DNA of 64,000 nt, from assembly GCA_947501605.1 (NCBI GenBank), contig CANMWZ010000002.1, forward strand, positions 1-64,000, in the 5' to 3' direction. Of the stretch, positions 28,138 to 40,512 are shown piece by piece. Source of the stretch: Planctomycetota bacterium (GTDB lineage: Bacteria; Planctomycetota; UBA1135; UBA2386). The notes below the pieces were generated by a model, which ran no database searches, was not told where the DNA came from, and was given only the letters and a program-made list of their open reading frames with translations. Made by a program: the position numbers and the translations under genes. Within the stretch, counting starts at the first letter, position 1. Each line of letters opens with the position of its first letter.

Positions 28138-28992
28138 TCAGGCTGGCTGCGCGCCATCGAGATCGAGCAAACGGTCACAGGCGCGAACCCATAACGGCAC
28201 CGCGACCACGCCGACAACCACATCGATGGGCCAGTGGTAACGCAGCACCAGCGTGCTGATGGCGATCGACGACGCGACCAGCGCGAACAGCCAGAAGTGG
28301 CGCGGCGCCCAACGACGCACGATCAGAGCCGAACAGAGGCTCATCATGGTGTGACCCGACGGGAAGCAGTCCCACGGGTTTGCCTCAGCATCGTCGAGGA
28401 ACTGGTGCACCGTTCCGGCCAGGGCATACGACGGTTGGAGATCGAGCGGCAGGACGGCCTTCGGTGCCAGAGTCGGAAACCACAGATAGCCCAAGTAGCT
28501 GAGCAGGAAGCCGCCGACCACGATCGCTAGTGCGCGGTCGAAGGCAGCAACGCCGCGTGCTCGCAGCGTCAGCAGCACGGCCGCAATCGGCAACAGATAG
28601 AAAGCCGCATAGAGCAGCTGCAGTACCAGGCAGATCCACTCTGGAGTAGAAACGCGCAGACCCGTCGTTGCGTCGCTGCCACACCACAGCAGATCGAGCC
28701 GGTACCAAGCAAGGTGGTACGGTTCGGGGTGCACATTGGGCAGGATCCAGCACAACGCCGAGAACACGCTCGGCAAGAAGCCAATGGCCATCGCACTTCG
28801 CAAGAAGCGAGCGGCCGCTTGGCCCTGCGCCTGCTGCACCCATCGCGGCACGAACTGCATCAGGGCAATGGCAACGTGGAGAACCACAAAAAGCACGGGG
28901 CGGTATGCCTCCCCGGAGCCAGCGTCCGTCACCGACGCCAATAGGGCGGCGCAGAGGCAGTACGTCAGCCAGAGGCGCTCAGTCGTGGACAC
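28138..28992 (-). CDS. PAP2-superfamily membrane phosphatase/phosphotransferase (Aur1/IPC-synthase-like subgroup)
   Basis: Multi-TM; YLWFPT.AP, DCFPSGH, LRYHWPID motifs. Confidence 0.82.
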   Translation of the reverse strand: MSTTERLWLTYCLCAALLASVTDAGSGEAYRPVLFVVLHVAIALMQFVPRWVQQAQGQAAARFLRSAMAIGFLPSVFSALCWILPNVHPEPYHLAWYRLDLLWCGSDATTGLRVSTPEWICLVLQLLYAAFYLLPIAAVLLTLRARGVAAFDRALAIVVGGFLLSYLGYLWFPTLAPKAVLPLDLQPSYALAGTVHQFLDDAEANPWDCFPSGHTMMSLCSALIVRRWAPRHFWLFALVASSIAISTLVLRYHWPIDVVVGVVAVPLWVRACDRLLDLDGAQPA

Positions 28993-29036
28993 TGCCCCGA
29001 TTCAACCATGCGGAGGCGGAGAGTCCACGCCTCACC

Positions 29037-30566
29037 TCAGCGGCTTGGCGGATCGCCCCTACCAACCGCCAGCGCCTGCCCAGTGGTCTTGGTGATGTCC
29101 TTGCTGGTGCTCTGGGTGCCGTCGAACGACAGCAGCTTCCCTTTGCCCTCTTCACTCGTTTCGAGGTGCACTGGCCGCCCCCACAGCTTCTGCAGCCCAG
29201 ACAAGGTCATCTGCGCGTGCTCCATTTGCAGATCCGCGCCGCACCAGTCGTGCACCAGGTAGAGCTCGCCGCGGTTTTGGTAGTTGCCGTCTACCACTCG
29301 GATGATCGGATTCCCGAAGTTCGTGAGTGCGTCGAGCAGCTGGTTTTTCACCTTGCGATAGTCGCGATCGACGATCTCCAGTTGGCCAGTCTGCTGATTG
29401 CGACCGTAGACGAACAGCTTTTGGTCCTCGGCAAACTCCGGCGTGATGAACTCGTCGATGAAGGTCACATCGTTGTAGATGCGACGCACTTCGAAGATGC
29501 GCTCGCGACCGAGCTTCGTCGGTTCGTTCCATCGGCGACGCACCTCAGGGTCGTCGCAGGCCTGATAGCGTTCGCCGAAGCGGCCCTTGTCCCAGCGCTG
29601 CTCGATATCCCGGAACAGCTCGACCCCCATCTTGTACGGGTTGATCTGCCCTGGACGGGTTGCCAGCGTGCCGCTGTGCGTGTCGCAGTAGTGCACGATC
29701 TCGCTGGCGTCGACGAGGTGTTGCGTCATGAGCTTGCTGTGCCAATACACGGCCCAGCCTTCGTTCATGATCTTGGTCATCCCTTGTGGCGCGAAGTAGT
29801 AGGCCTCCTCGCGCATCATGGCGAGGATGTCTTGCTGCCACAGTTGGAGCGGCGCATGGTCGAGCAGGAACTTCAACACGTCGCGCGTTGGGCGCGCCGG
29901 GAAGCACCGGTTTCGCGCGTCCTCTTCTTGCATCTTCCGCTTCTGCTCCGCCAGGAACTGAGGCGGATTGATGAAGCGGTCCATGTAGTCCTTGGCCGCG
30001 ATCTTCTTGACCTCGCGCACACCACCTTCACCCTCGCGAACACGCCCGTCGTCGCGGTGGATGAACGGCGAGTAAGGGTCGATCAGATTGTCCAGCGACT
30101 GCACGACATCGAGAAAGTCCTCGACGACTTCGACGCCGTGCCGGTCCATGTAGCGACGGACGCGCGAACCGTGATTCGCCAGTACGTCCATCATCTTTCG
30201 CGACGTGTGACTGAACCACGCGTTGTTCTTGAAGAAGTCGCAGTGGCCGTAGACGTGCGCCATCACCAGCTTTTGGTCCGTGATGGAGTTGCTGCGCATC
30301 AAGTAGGCGTAGCAAGGGTCATTGTTGATGACGAGCTCGTAGATCTTGGACAGACCCCACGCGTAGCTCTTGCTGAGCTGCTCGTACTCCATGCCAAAGC
30401 GCCAGTGCGGGTAGCGCGTCGGGAACCCACCGTAGCTCGCGACCATGTTGAGCTCGTCGTGGTCGACGAGCTCGAAGATCACTTCGTAGAAGTCGAGGCC
30501 GTAGCTCCGAGCTAGGTCGCGAGCCTCGTCGCGCAGCGCCGCCAGATCGGGAGTCAGGTTGGCCAT
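29037..30566 (-). CDS. spoVR: SpoVR family protein
   Basis: GFPTRYPHWRFG, IYELVINNDP, AHVYGHCDFFKNN, TKIMNEGWA.YWH, NPYK.G. Confidence 0.95.
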   Translation of the reverse strand: MANLTPDLAALRDEARDLARSYGLDFYEVIFELVDHDELNMVASYGGFPTRYPHWRFGMEYEQLSKSYAWGLSKIYELVINNDPCYAYLMRSNSITDQKLVMAHVYGHCDFFKNNAWFSHTSRKMMDVLANHGSRVRRYMDRHGVEVVEDFLDVVQSLDNLIDPYSPFIHRDDGRVREGEGGVREVKKIAAKDYMDRFINPPQFLAEQKRKMQEEDARNRCFPARPTRDVLKFLLDHAPLQLWQQDILAMMREEAYYFAPQGMTKIMNEGWAVYWHSKLMTQHLVDASEIVHYCDTHSGTLATRPGQINPYKMGVELFRDIEQRWDKGRFGERYQACDDPEVRRRWNEPTKLGRERIFEVRRIYNDVTFIDEFITPEFAEDQKLFVYGRNQQTGQLEIVDRDYRKVKNQLLDALTNFGNPIIRVVDGNYQNRGELYLVHDWCGADLQMEHAQMTLSGLQKLWGRPVHLETSEEGKGKLLSFDGTQSTSKDITKTTGQALAVGRGDPPSR

Positions 30567-30573
30567 GAGCGCC

Positions 30574-31680
30574 TCAACGGCCCTTGCCGAGGAAGTCTTT
30601 GATCGATGGCAGGATGCCGTCTCGATCGAGGATGTCCGTGGTGATGACCTTCTCGTCGCCGCGGAAGGCCTGATCCAGGTCCTTCTTGAACTGACCCGAC
30701 CCGTAAGCGCTCTTGACCTGGCCGTAACAGAACTGGTTGCAGGCCGGAAGCATGGTTGTTTTCAGCAAGTCCACGCAGCGCTCGGTGTCTCGCGAACTCC
30801 AGTTGTCGCCGTCGCTGAAGTGGAACGGGTAGACGTTCCATTCGGCCACAGGATACTTGTCGCGCATCACCTGCAAACACAGTTCGTAGGCCGAACTGAT
30901 CTTGGTGCCGCCACTCTCCCGTAGGTGGAAGAACGTGTGCTGGTCGACCACATGCGCCGCCGCGTCGTGCACGAGATAACAGACTTCGAGATTCTTGTAC
31001 TGATGGCGAAGCCACGTATCGATCCAGAAGGCCTCGATGCGCACGATCTCTTTCTGCTCCCGCCCCATCGAGCCCGACACGTCCATCATGTAGATGACAG
31101 CCGCGCTGGCCTGTGGGACCTCGCGGGTCTGCACCGACCGGAATCGCATGTCGTCTCGAATCGGCACGATGACGGGATGATCCGGATCGTAGGTACCACT
31201 CGCGATCTGCCGCTTCAGAGCTTCGCGGAAGGTCCTCTTGAAGTGGCGCAACGACTGCGGCCCGTTGCGGCTGATTCCGGTGTAGCGCCCCGCAGACGCT
31301 CGAAGGTTCTTCTTGCCGCGCGGCTCGATGTTCGGCAGTTCGAGTTCCTCGCCGAGGATGCGGGCGAGGTCCTCGAGCGAGACATCGACTTCAAGCGTGT
31401 GCTTGCCGGCATTCTCACCCGCTTGGCCTTCGCCCTCGCCCTCCTGACCCGGTACCGGTTGTCCCGGCTCACCTTCGCCTTGACCGACTCCGTCCTTCTT
31501 GTTCTCGCCGTAGCGGAACCTGGGCAGAGCAATCTGCGGCATCGGAATCGACACGAACTTGTCGCCCTGCTTACCGATGAGCTCGCCGGACGAGACGAAC
31601 CGCTTGAGGTTCTGCTTGATCTTGCCGCGAACGATCTGTCGAAAGCGCGTGTGATCCTGGTCGATCCGGCGCACAGCCAT
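30574..31680 (-). CDS. yeaH: DUF444 (YeaH/YhbH) vWA-domain protein
   Basis: D..RFRQIVRG, EELELPN, MMDVSGSM (MIDAS), ESGGT.ISSA, FHFSDGDNW; lies between prkA and spoVR. Confidence 0.93.
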   Translation of the reverse strand: MAVRRIDQDHTRFRQIVRGKIKQNLKRFVSSGELIGKQGDKFVSIPMPQIALPRFRYGENKKDGVGQGEGEPGQPVPGQEGEGEGQAGENAGKHTLEVDVSLEDLARILGEELELPNIEPRGKKNLRASAGRYTGISRNGPQSLRHFKRTFREALKRQIASGTYDPDHPVIVPIRDDMRFRSVQTREVPQASAAVIYMMDVSGSMGREQKEIVRIEAFWIDTWLRHQYKNLEVCYLVHDAAAHVVDQHTFFHLRESGGTKISSAYELCLQVMRDKYPVAEWNVYPFHFSDGDNWSSRDTERCVDLLKTTMLPACNQFCYGQVKSAYGSGQFKKDLDQAFRGDEKVITTDILDRDGILPSIKDFLGKGR

Positions 31681-31681
31681 G

Positions 31682-33709
<2,028 letters not shown>

Positions 33710-33849
33710 CACTCCTCGTGCGTCGTAGCGTTGCGCGGTGCCTCGTGCAGCACCGCTGGTCCGATCGCTCCATCCTATCGGCCATTCCCGTCGGGGCCAT
33801 GAATGGTTCCCCGGCGGACTTTGCCCCGGCCTCAGGCTACGTTGTGGCC

Positions 33850-34875
33850 ATGACGATCGCTCGCCCCCTCACTGCACCAGCGCTCTGCACTGCGGCGCTG
33901 TCGGCGCTGCTCGCACTGACCTCCTGCGGCGGCGGTGTTACCTCAACCGGCCCGATCGACGGCCACGTGGCGATGAAGCATGTTAGCCACCTCTGCGAGA
34001 CCATCGGTGCGCGGCCGTTCGGCTCCGAGCAGCTCGCGGCTGCGACCGACTACCTCGCCAGTGAGATCCAGAAGCTCGGTCTCGAAGCCAAGCGTCATGA
34101 AGTCGTTGACCAACCGTCGGGACTGACGATCCGCAATCTCTATTGCCAGATTGACGGCCAGGACCCGAAGGACGGCCCGATCCTGATGATCGCGGCGCAC
34201 TACGACACCAAGAAGACCGCCGGTCACCCGGAGCCGCAGTACAACTTTCCGTTCGTCGGCGCGATCGACGGCGGCGGCGCACCCGCAGTACTGCTCGAGC
34301 TTGCGCGCTGCCTGAAGACGCGGGAACCGAAGCTGGTGCCGAACGTGTGGCTCTATTGGATCGATGCCGAGGAGTCGATTGACTTCCAATGGAACACCGA
34401 CCGGTCGCTGATCGGCAGCAAGGCGTTTGCTCGCTGGCTCGTCCGCGAGAAGGTAATGCCCCGCATCAAGACCTTCGTCTTGATCGACCTGATCGGCGAC
34501 CAGAACATCAAGATCGACAAGGACGGCAAGTCGAATCCGGAGCTGCAACAGATCTTTGCACAGACCGCAAAGGCGCTGGACCTCACCGACCGCGTCTACA
34601 AGTACGAGTCCGCCGCGACCGACGACCACGAGGTCTTCCGTGATTTCGGCGTGCCAGCAGTTCTGCTGATCGACTTCACCCACCGGATCGGCGAACAGCG
34701 CTGGCTCGAGATGAACCCAGGCACGAAGGCGCCTGACGCCGAGGGCTACGCGCAGTGGTGGCACACCAAGGAAGACACGGTAGACAAGATGTCGCCCGAG
34801 GCACTGGCCTTCACAGGCAACTTGGTTTGGGCGGCGCTGGTGGATCTCGAGAAGTTCGTCCTGAAACGCAAATGA
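33850..34875 (+). CDS. M28-family metallo-enzyme, glutaminyl-cyclase-like, lipoprotein
   Basis: Lipobox LTSC; AAHYDTK, GAIDGG, DAEE, LIGSK, LIDLIGD, TDDH, WWHT..D. Confidence 0.85.
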   Translation: MTIARPLTAPALCTAALSALLALTSCGGGVTSTGPIDGHVAMKHVSHLCETIGARPFGSEQLAAATDYLASEIQKLGLEAKRHEVVDQPSGLTIRNLYCQIDGQDPKDGPILMIAAHYDTKKTAGHPEPQYNFPFVGAIDGGGAPAVLLELARCLKTREPKLVPNVWLYWIDAEESIDFQWNTDRSLIGSKAFARWLVREKVMPRIKTFVLIDLIGDQNIKIDKDGKSNPELQQIFAQTAKALDLTDRVYKYESAATDDHEVFRDFGVPAVLLIDFTHRIGEQRWLEMNPGTKAPDAEGYAQWWHTKEDTVDKMSPEALAFTGNLVWAALVDLEKFVLKRK

Positions 34876-35936
34876 GGCTAGCCATGAAGCGCCCAGCCGC
34901 CGCAGTCCTGGTCTTGTTGCTCGCCGCGTGCTTCGGGGCCGGCCTAGCGCAGCGCTCTCGCAGCGCGAGCAGTATGCCCCCCACGCAGGCACCGCAAGCG
35001 GCCAGTCAGCCGAAGATGCACTCTGCGATCGACCAGGCGGATCTACTCGAGCTTGCAGCAGTGCGCGCTCCGGCTGACTTCGGCGAACAAGCGATGGCCC
35101 ATATGAAGGCGATCACCAACTTCGGCCCGCGACACACTGCGACGATGCCAACACCGGGCTGGACCCAGCAGCTCGATTACATTTGCGACCAGTTGGAGAA
35201 GAGCGGATTGGTTGTTGAGCGCGACACCTGGACCGATCGCAAGGAACTGCTGACGTTCACCAATGTGCGCGCCGTTGTGAAGGGCAAGCACAAGGACCGC
35301 ATCGTGCTGGCCTGCCACCACGACACGAAGTGCACTCAGGGCCACGCCGATCCGAGCCGCAACTTCCACTTCGTCGGTGCAAACGACGGCGGCAGTGGCG
35401 TCGCGTTCCTTCTGGCGATCGCCCCCGTGCTGCTGCAGCGACAGAACGAGGCGACGATCGAGCTGCTGTTTCTCGACGGCGAGGAGAGCCTCGACTGGAA
35501 CTGGAACAACGCGACGCGCGCCCTCTTCGGCAGCAAGCGCTTCGTGCAACGGCAGCGTGATGCCGAACTGCTTGGCAAAGCCGAGCGGATACGGGCACTG
35601 GTGCTCCTCGACATGGTTGCACGCTCGGACCTGCACATCCAAGAAGAGCTCTACAGCACGACCGAGCTGCGTCGCATTCTGTATTCCTCGGCGATTGCCA
35701 CCGGCCATCGAGACCGGTTCTTCCGCATGGCGGAGTCGGCGAGCGACGATCACGTGCCGTTCCTCGACGTCGGGATCCCAGCTGTCGACTTGATCGACCT
35801 CAAGGACAACCCCCACTGGCACAAGGCCACCGATACGCTGGAGAACTGCTCGGCGGCGAGTTTGCAGATCGTTGGCGACGTCGTGCTGACGATGCTGCCG
35901 GCCATCGAAGCGCAGTACTTCGGCGAAGATCGCTGA
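34872..35936 (+). CDS. Second M28-family glutaminyl-cyclase-like protein, exported
   Basis: ATGA overlap (alternative start 34884); IVLACHHDTK, GANDGGSG, FLDGEE, LFGSK, LVLLDMV, SDDHVPF, HWHKATD. Confidence 0.85.
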   Translation: MRLAMKRPAAAVLVLLLAACFGAGLAQRSRSASSMPPTQAPQAASQPKMHSAIDQADLLELAAVRAPADFGEQAMAHMKAITNFGPRHTATMPTPGWTQQLDYICDQLEKSGLVVERDTWTDRKELLTFTNVRAVVKGKHKDRIVLACHHDTKCTQGHADPSRNFHFVGANDGGSGVAFLLAIAPVLLQRQNEATIELLFLDGEESLDWNWNNATRALFGSKRFVQRQRDAELLGKAERIRALVLLDMVARSDLHIQEELYSTTELRRILYSSAIATGHRDRFFRMAESASDDHVPFLDVGIPAVDLIDLKDNPHWHKATDTLENCSAASLQIVGDVVLTMLPAIEAQYFGEDR

Positions 35937-36727
35937 TGCCGCAGGTGTTACGAGGGGACCGCTTGGTCCACTACACGCAGGGCGGTGAGGGGCCGGGCCT
36001 CGTGCTCGTTCCAGGCCTCGGTTCCGGCTCCAAGTTGTTCGGCACGCTGCCGCGTCGCTTCGCGCGAGCCGGATTCACCTGTGCTGCGGTCGACCCCGTC
36101 GGCATCGAGCCGTCGAGTCCGCTGCCAGCAGGAGTCTATGATTTCGACGAGGCCGCTCGCGACGTCTTGGCGGTCGCCGCACGACTGCCGCAACCCGTAG
36201 CTCTCGTCGGCACCTCCCTCGGCGGCAAGGTAGCCTTGCGTGCCGCAAGCCTGCAGCCAGAAGCCGTCGGCAGGCTCGTGATGCTCTGTAGCACTGCTGT
36301 CGTCAGCGCTCGTGCACGTCGGATCTACCGGATGTTCGAACTGATGAGTACCGAGGTCGACGGCAAGTTGTTCGGTGATCTGATCGCACCATTCCTGTTT
36401 GGCAGCACGTTCTTGCAGACCAAGACGGGTGTCGTGGATGACATCCTACGGAGCATGCGACCAACACCGACGAGTCGCGCCTTCATGGCCGCGCAGGCGC
36501 GCGCCCTACAACAGTGGGATGGGAACAGCGACACCCGCACCTGTCGTGCTACTACCCTCTGCCTTGCCGGTGCAGAGGACACGCTTAGCCCGCCATCTGA
36601 GATCGAAGACACGGCGGCACGAATCCCGGGCGCTCGCTACGGCGCGATCGCCAACGCCGGCCACTCACTACTTTTGGAGAGTGCCACTGCGTTTCTCGAG
36701 GTGACCCGCTTCCTCTTGGCGCGCTGA
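35936..36727 (+). CDS. Alpha/beta-fold hydrolase
   Basis: LVLVPGLG, GTSLGG nucleophile elbow, AGAEDT, AGHSL. Confidence 0.88.
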   Translation: MPQVLRGDRLVHYTQGGEGPGLVLVPGLGSGSKLFGTLPRRFARAGFTCAAVDPVGIEPSSPLPAGVYDFDEAARDVLAVAARLPQPVALVGTSLGGKVALRAASLQPEAVGRLVMLCSTAVVSARARRIYRMFELMSTEVDGKLFGDLIAPFLFGSTFLQTKTGVVDDILRSMRPTPTSRAFMAAQARALQQWDGNSDTRTCRATTLCLAGAEDTLSPPSEIEDTAARIPGARYGAIANAGHSLLLESATAFLEVTRFLLAR

Positions 36728-37136
36728 GCGCTCGGCATCAGGCCGAAATCCGGCCTCCAGTCCTCGAGCGGCCATTCGCACTCCGTTGTCATCGCCCTTT
36801 GTTGCGGAGGATCCTCGAAGTGGTGCCGCAGCAAGCCGGCGAGCGAGGCCGAGCAACCAAGGCCGAGGGCAAGGAGCGAATTCGCAGCGGCATCCGTGGA
36901 TTCCGCGAAGAACTCGCGACGCAGCCAGCGGCCGACGTGCCGGCCGCAGCCGCTGGGGTGTTGTGAAACGACTTCGAGCCAGAACGGGTGCGCACTCGAA
37001 ATCAAGGAGCACGAACTGAGTCGAGTCCGAGGATGCGACAGGCTGCGCGCGCCGCAGAGATAGGAGAGTTTGGCCCCGATGTCAGTGCGGAGGCACGATG
37101 CGTCCTGCAACGGGCACCGCGGCCCATTCGATACAC

Positions 37137-39761
37137 TCAGCGGATCTCGACGGTGGCACCCGGAAGCACATGCACACGGAAACTCCGGCCAAGTTCGTCG
37201 AGGACTTGGTAGTCGCCGCTCGGAAGATCACGCGCCATCCAGCCATCCATCTCATTGAGGATCCGGTAGCCGACCGCCCGCGCGCCACAGAGACCGACGT
37301 CGAGCGGCTGCCACACGGTCCTGAGCGTTTGCTGCGATTGCGTCAGCAGCGCGCTCAACTGCGCGCCACCTGTCGACTGCACACGCAGCACTTCCAATCG
37401 CTGCCGGGACGCGTCCTGCAATGACGCGATGTTGACCCGAGAGTAGCCAGTCCCGTCGCTGCGGAACGCCAGCAACTCGAACTCTCCTGCCTTGAGGGCT
37501 AGACGCAACGAGCCATTGGCATGCGTCAGGCCCAAGAAACGAGCGTGCACGCCACCGTTGACCCGGACGCGCAGTGCATAAACCTGAACTTGACCGAGCT
37601 GGCTGCCAAATCCATTCTGCACGAGCAGTTCATGGCCCTGACTAGGTTCGGCCTGGGCCTCGGAAAAGCGCGACTGAACAGCGATCTCAAGACTGTTGCC
37701 GTCGACCCCAGGCACGCTCTCCAAAGGCGGCAACACCGAAACACGATCGATGAGCTCGCCACCGACGTCGGCCATCCCGGGCCCCGCGCTCGCGATCGGT
37801 TGCAGCATCGGGCGCACCACACTGCCGGCTTCGAGCCACAGTCGGCCGCGACCGACGCGCATGCCGTTGGCCACCCCCGACCCATCGGCAAGTGCGACAT
37901 GACGCCGGACAGCCGAGCCCGGCGGCATACCTACGACCTCTTCGAGCACCACGCTGCTGCGCGATGGCGGCAAACCACGAAGTACCAGGTCGCGCAACGG
38001 CGGCGAGGAGACGCGGAGTTCGCCAGCGACGGCGGCCGTAGTCCCAGGCAAGGGAATCGCCTGGAACACCACATCGCCGAGCGGATGGAACACGAGCGCA
38101 CAGGGCACTTGGTGCGGTAGCAGGCGCGTCGGCAAACCAGCAAACGCAAAGCGGCCGTCGCGATCGGCCGACACGGCACCGTCGAGCCACGGCCAGACCT
38201 GCCCCAAGGCCTCGTCGTAGAGACACGGCACCACGCGTGCATTGCTGCGATCCTGAGTGTCGCCCAGGATGCGACCGCGCAACAAAACCGACCGGCCAAG
38301 AATGGCCGTCGGCAGTTGGAAACCGCCGCCGTCAACCGGCATGAGGGCGTGCGCATCCTGCGGCAAGAAGGCGAGATCGACCCGACCAACCGGGGGTGCA
38401 ATCTGAACGAGCGCGTAGCCCTCGCGGACACCACTACCAGTTGGCAGCTCGTACGCGCCCAATGCGTCGGTGACGAGTTGCCGTGCCATCAGGCCAGTGC
38501 TAGCCGCGAACGACAACCGCACCAGCGCGTTCGCAACGGGCGCGCCGAACGTGTCCAGCACCACCCCGCGCAGATCAGGATGATCGGGGGCCTCGATAGG
38601 CCTCCGCCCTGATGCGCCCGCAAGCGGACCGAACGACTGCGGTACCGGCTGGTTCTCGACTGCGATCCCGGCCATCCCTCGGCTGTAGCGTCCCACTTGT
38701 CCGGCACCGATCACGGCAGCGTTGCCGGACTCACGATCGAGCCGCGCGACCTCCCCGTTGTGCACCTCGATACGAACTCCGATGTTACCAGCAGAGGCAA
38801 GCAGGTCATCGTAGGGCCCCATCTGCTCGGTCACCGAGATGTGGTACAGGCCGGCGCCAAGCTCGACACTCGTGCCATCACCCAGCAACACCGACATCGG
38901 CCGTTGCGAGTAAACCTCCAACGAACCGTGCAGCAGTTGAAGTTGCTCGGCGACATGCAGGTTGCAATCGCCACGCAGACGCAACTGAGCCGCCGGCTGC
39001 TGGCCGATGACCGAAGCGTCGTACCACTCCGCGTCGAGGGAACCCTCTGCGTCAATGCGCAGCACCGCGCCCTCACCCAAGCCATCGCCGGGTCCGAGTC
39101 GGAGCAGATTGCCGTTCGCCGCGCGCCACACTTGATCCGCTGCGACTACGGACAAGCGGACGTTCGCCGTAACCTCCACGACGTTCTGCCAGACGAAGCC
39201 GAGGACCGCGACAAGCACCGCGGCAGCCAAGCTCGCGAACAGGAGCCAGCCGCGGGCTCGCCGATGTGTTGCCTGACGGTTGGCTCGCAACTCGGCACTG
39301 GCTCGAGCAACCACTCGGCGGGCAAGATCGATCTGCGGCGCCGCGTGCCGCACCATCGGCGAGCGCGTGTCTTTGTCGTCGTCAACCAAGGCCGCCGCAG
39401 CGGCGGCGTCCGCCGCGTCCGCCGCCAGGGCGGCTTCGATCGCCAGTTCGGGCGACTCGAACAAGATCCGTGCGAGCGTTCGTCGAGCAAAGCCCTGGCG
39501 CGGCGCCGCTTGCTCCCAGCCATCGCCAAACGCGCGGCGCAGTCGGAGCACTTCGAACTCGGAGCGCGACAACGCGAGACCGCAATCGCGGCAGCCGTGG
39601 ACGTGGGTCTCCACCTCCGCTCGTTGCTCGAGCGGTAGATCCGCATCGGCAAAGTCGCGCAAGAGAGACCGCATTCGCGCGCACATCGACGAAGCCGGAA
39701 CCGACTGGCGAAGCTCGCGCGGGTCGGGCGGCTGGTGCATGGGTTCTGGTAGGTCGCTCAT
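37137..39761 (-). CDS. Large zinc-binding (ZAS/zf-HC2) anti-sigma factor with TM helix, FecR-like and carboxypeptidase-regulatory-like extracytoplasmic domains
   Basis: C..MRSLL...D..L......VE.HVHGCRDC (HxxxCxxC); TM WLLFASLAAAVLVAVLGFVW; LRGVVLD..GAPVANALV...TDALGAY repeats; ATGA overlap with the sigma gene. Confidence 0.8.
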   Translation of the reverse strand: MSDLPEPMHQPPDPRELRQSVPASSMCARMRSLLRDFADADLPLEQRAEVETHVHGCRDCGLALSRSEFEVLRLRRAFGDGWEQAAPRQGFARRTLARILFESPELAIEAALAADAADAAAAAALVDDDKDTRSPMVRHAAPQIDLARRVVARASAELRANRQATHRRARGWLLFASLAAAVLVAVLGFVWQNVVEVTANVRLSVVAADQVWRAANGNLLRLGPGDGLGEGAVLRIDAEGSLDAEWYDASVIGQQPAAQLRLRGDCNLHVAEQLQLLHGSLEVYSQRPMSVLLGDGTSVELGAGLYHISVTEQMGPYDDLLASAGNIGVRIEVHNGEVARLDRESGNAAVIGAGQVGRYSRGMAGIAVENQPVPQSFGPLAGASGRRPIEAPDHPDLRGVVLDTFGAPVANALVRLSFAASTGLMARQLVTDALGAYELPTGSGVREGYALVQIAPPVGRVDLAFLPQDAHALMPVDGGGFQLPTAILGRSVLLRGRILGDTQDRSNARVVPCLYDEALGQVWPWLDGAVSADRDGRFAFAGLPTRLLPHQVPCALVFHPLGDVVFQAIPLPGTTAAVAGELRVSSPPLRDLVLRGLPPSRSSVVLEEVVGMPPGSAVRRHVALADGSGVANGMRVGRGRLWLEAGSVVRPMLQPIASAGPGMADVGGELIDRVSVLPPLESVPGVDGNSLEIAVQSRFSEAQAEPSQGHELLVQNGFGSQLGQVQVYALRVRVNGGVHARFLGLTHANGSLRLALKAGEFELLAFRSDGTGYSRVNIASLQDASRQRLEVLRVQSTGGAQLSALLTQSQQTLRTVWQPLDVGLCGARAVGYRILNEMDGWMARDLPSGDYQVLDELGRSFRVHVLPGATVEIR

Positions 39762-40318
39762 GCTTCCATCACCCGTTCCAGTCGACTTGCCAGAATGTCC
39801 TTGGCCCGAGCAATCTGCAGTTTGACGCTGCTGATGGAGATCCCCAGCGAATCGGCAATCTGCTGATTGCTCATGCCGCGCAGGTACTTCAACTCCAGAG
39901 GGAGTCGCGCACGTTCGCTCAGCCGATCCAGTTCGCCTCGAATCGTATGCTGCAGCGTCCTCTGCGCGTCGGAAGCCGCGCGCCGGTCTGGCGCCTGCTG
40001 GACGTGGTCTTCGCCCTCTTCGCCGCCCAGCAGTGGCAGCGCGGACGTGCGACGTCGACGCAGCCGATCGCGGCAGGCATTGCCGGCAATGCACAAGAGC
40101 CACGGCTCCAACTCTCGGCTGGCGTCGAATTGATGCCGGGCGCGGAACAGCTTGACGAACGCATCTTGTGCTGCTTCCTCGGCATCCTCCGGACTACGGA
40201 CAATGCTCAAGGCCAAGCCGTAGACCATGTTCTGGTAGCGCTCGACCAACTGCTCGAATGCCTCCAGGTCACCAGCCTGGACTCGGAGCATTAGCTCGTT
40301 TTCGATGCGTTGGGACAC
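39758..40318 (-). CDS. ECF RNA polymerase sigma factor
   Basis: GDLEAFEQLV.RY, DAEEAAQDAF, WL..IA.N, region 4 GMSNQQIADSLGISISSVK...RA; start tentatively GTG 40318. Confidence 0.93.
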   Translation of the reverse strand: MSQRIENELMLRVQAGDLEAFEQLVERYQNMVYGLALSIVRSPEDAEEAAQDAFVKLFRARHQFDASRELEPWLLCIAGNACRDRLRRRRTSALPLLGGEEGEDHVQQAPDRRAASDAQRTLQHTIRGELDRLSERARLPLELKYLRGMSNQQIADSLGISISSVKLQIARAKDILASRLERVMEA

Positions 40319-40512
40319 GGTGGGGAGCAGAACGTGAGGGAGAGACCGAGGGAACAACGGAGTATGCAGGGCCTTACGCACATCGCCCAGCCCCGGGACA
40401 CGGTTTGTCCGGGGATTCACCAGTCTTGGAGAGACACCGGGGCCAGGCATTTTTTCCCGCGTTCTCCAGGGTTCGATCGCATCGGTCGATCCAGGCTCTG
40501 CAGGAACTCAGC

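Noticed and set aside
29037..30566. SpoVR (and GerMN at about 4260-4580) as evidence of sporulation
   Set aside because: Both families are widespread in non-sporulating bacteria; no sporulation machinery is visible.
36728..37136. 409-bp gap between convergent genes containing several short ORFs (for example 36637-37110 on the minus strand)
   Set aside because: No recognisable motif, SD or coding-like codon bias, and the longest ORF overlaps the hydrolase gene; no RNA gene recognised.
35936..39761. Weaker codon bias here (also 24859-28992) as a sign of horizontal transfer
   Set aside because: No mobility genes or boundary repeats, and the genes are coupled to neighbours; low expression explains it equally well and it was not quantified.
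40370..40415. Autoregulatory ECF promoter or hairpin (CCCCGGGACA...TGTCCGGGG) upstream of the sigma gene
   Set aside because: The AAAC to CGTA spacing is about 24 nt, too long for an ECF promoter; the short GC hairpin could be chance.
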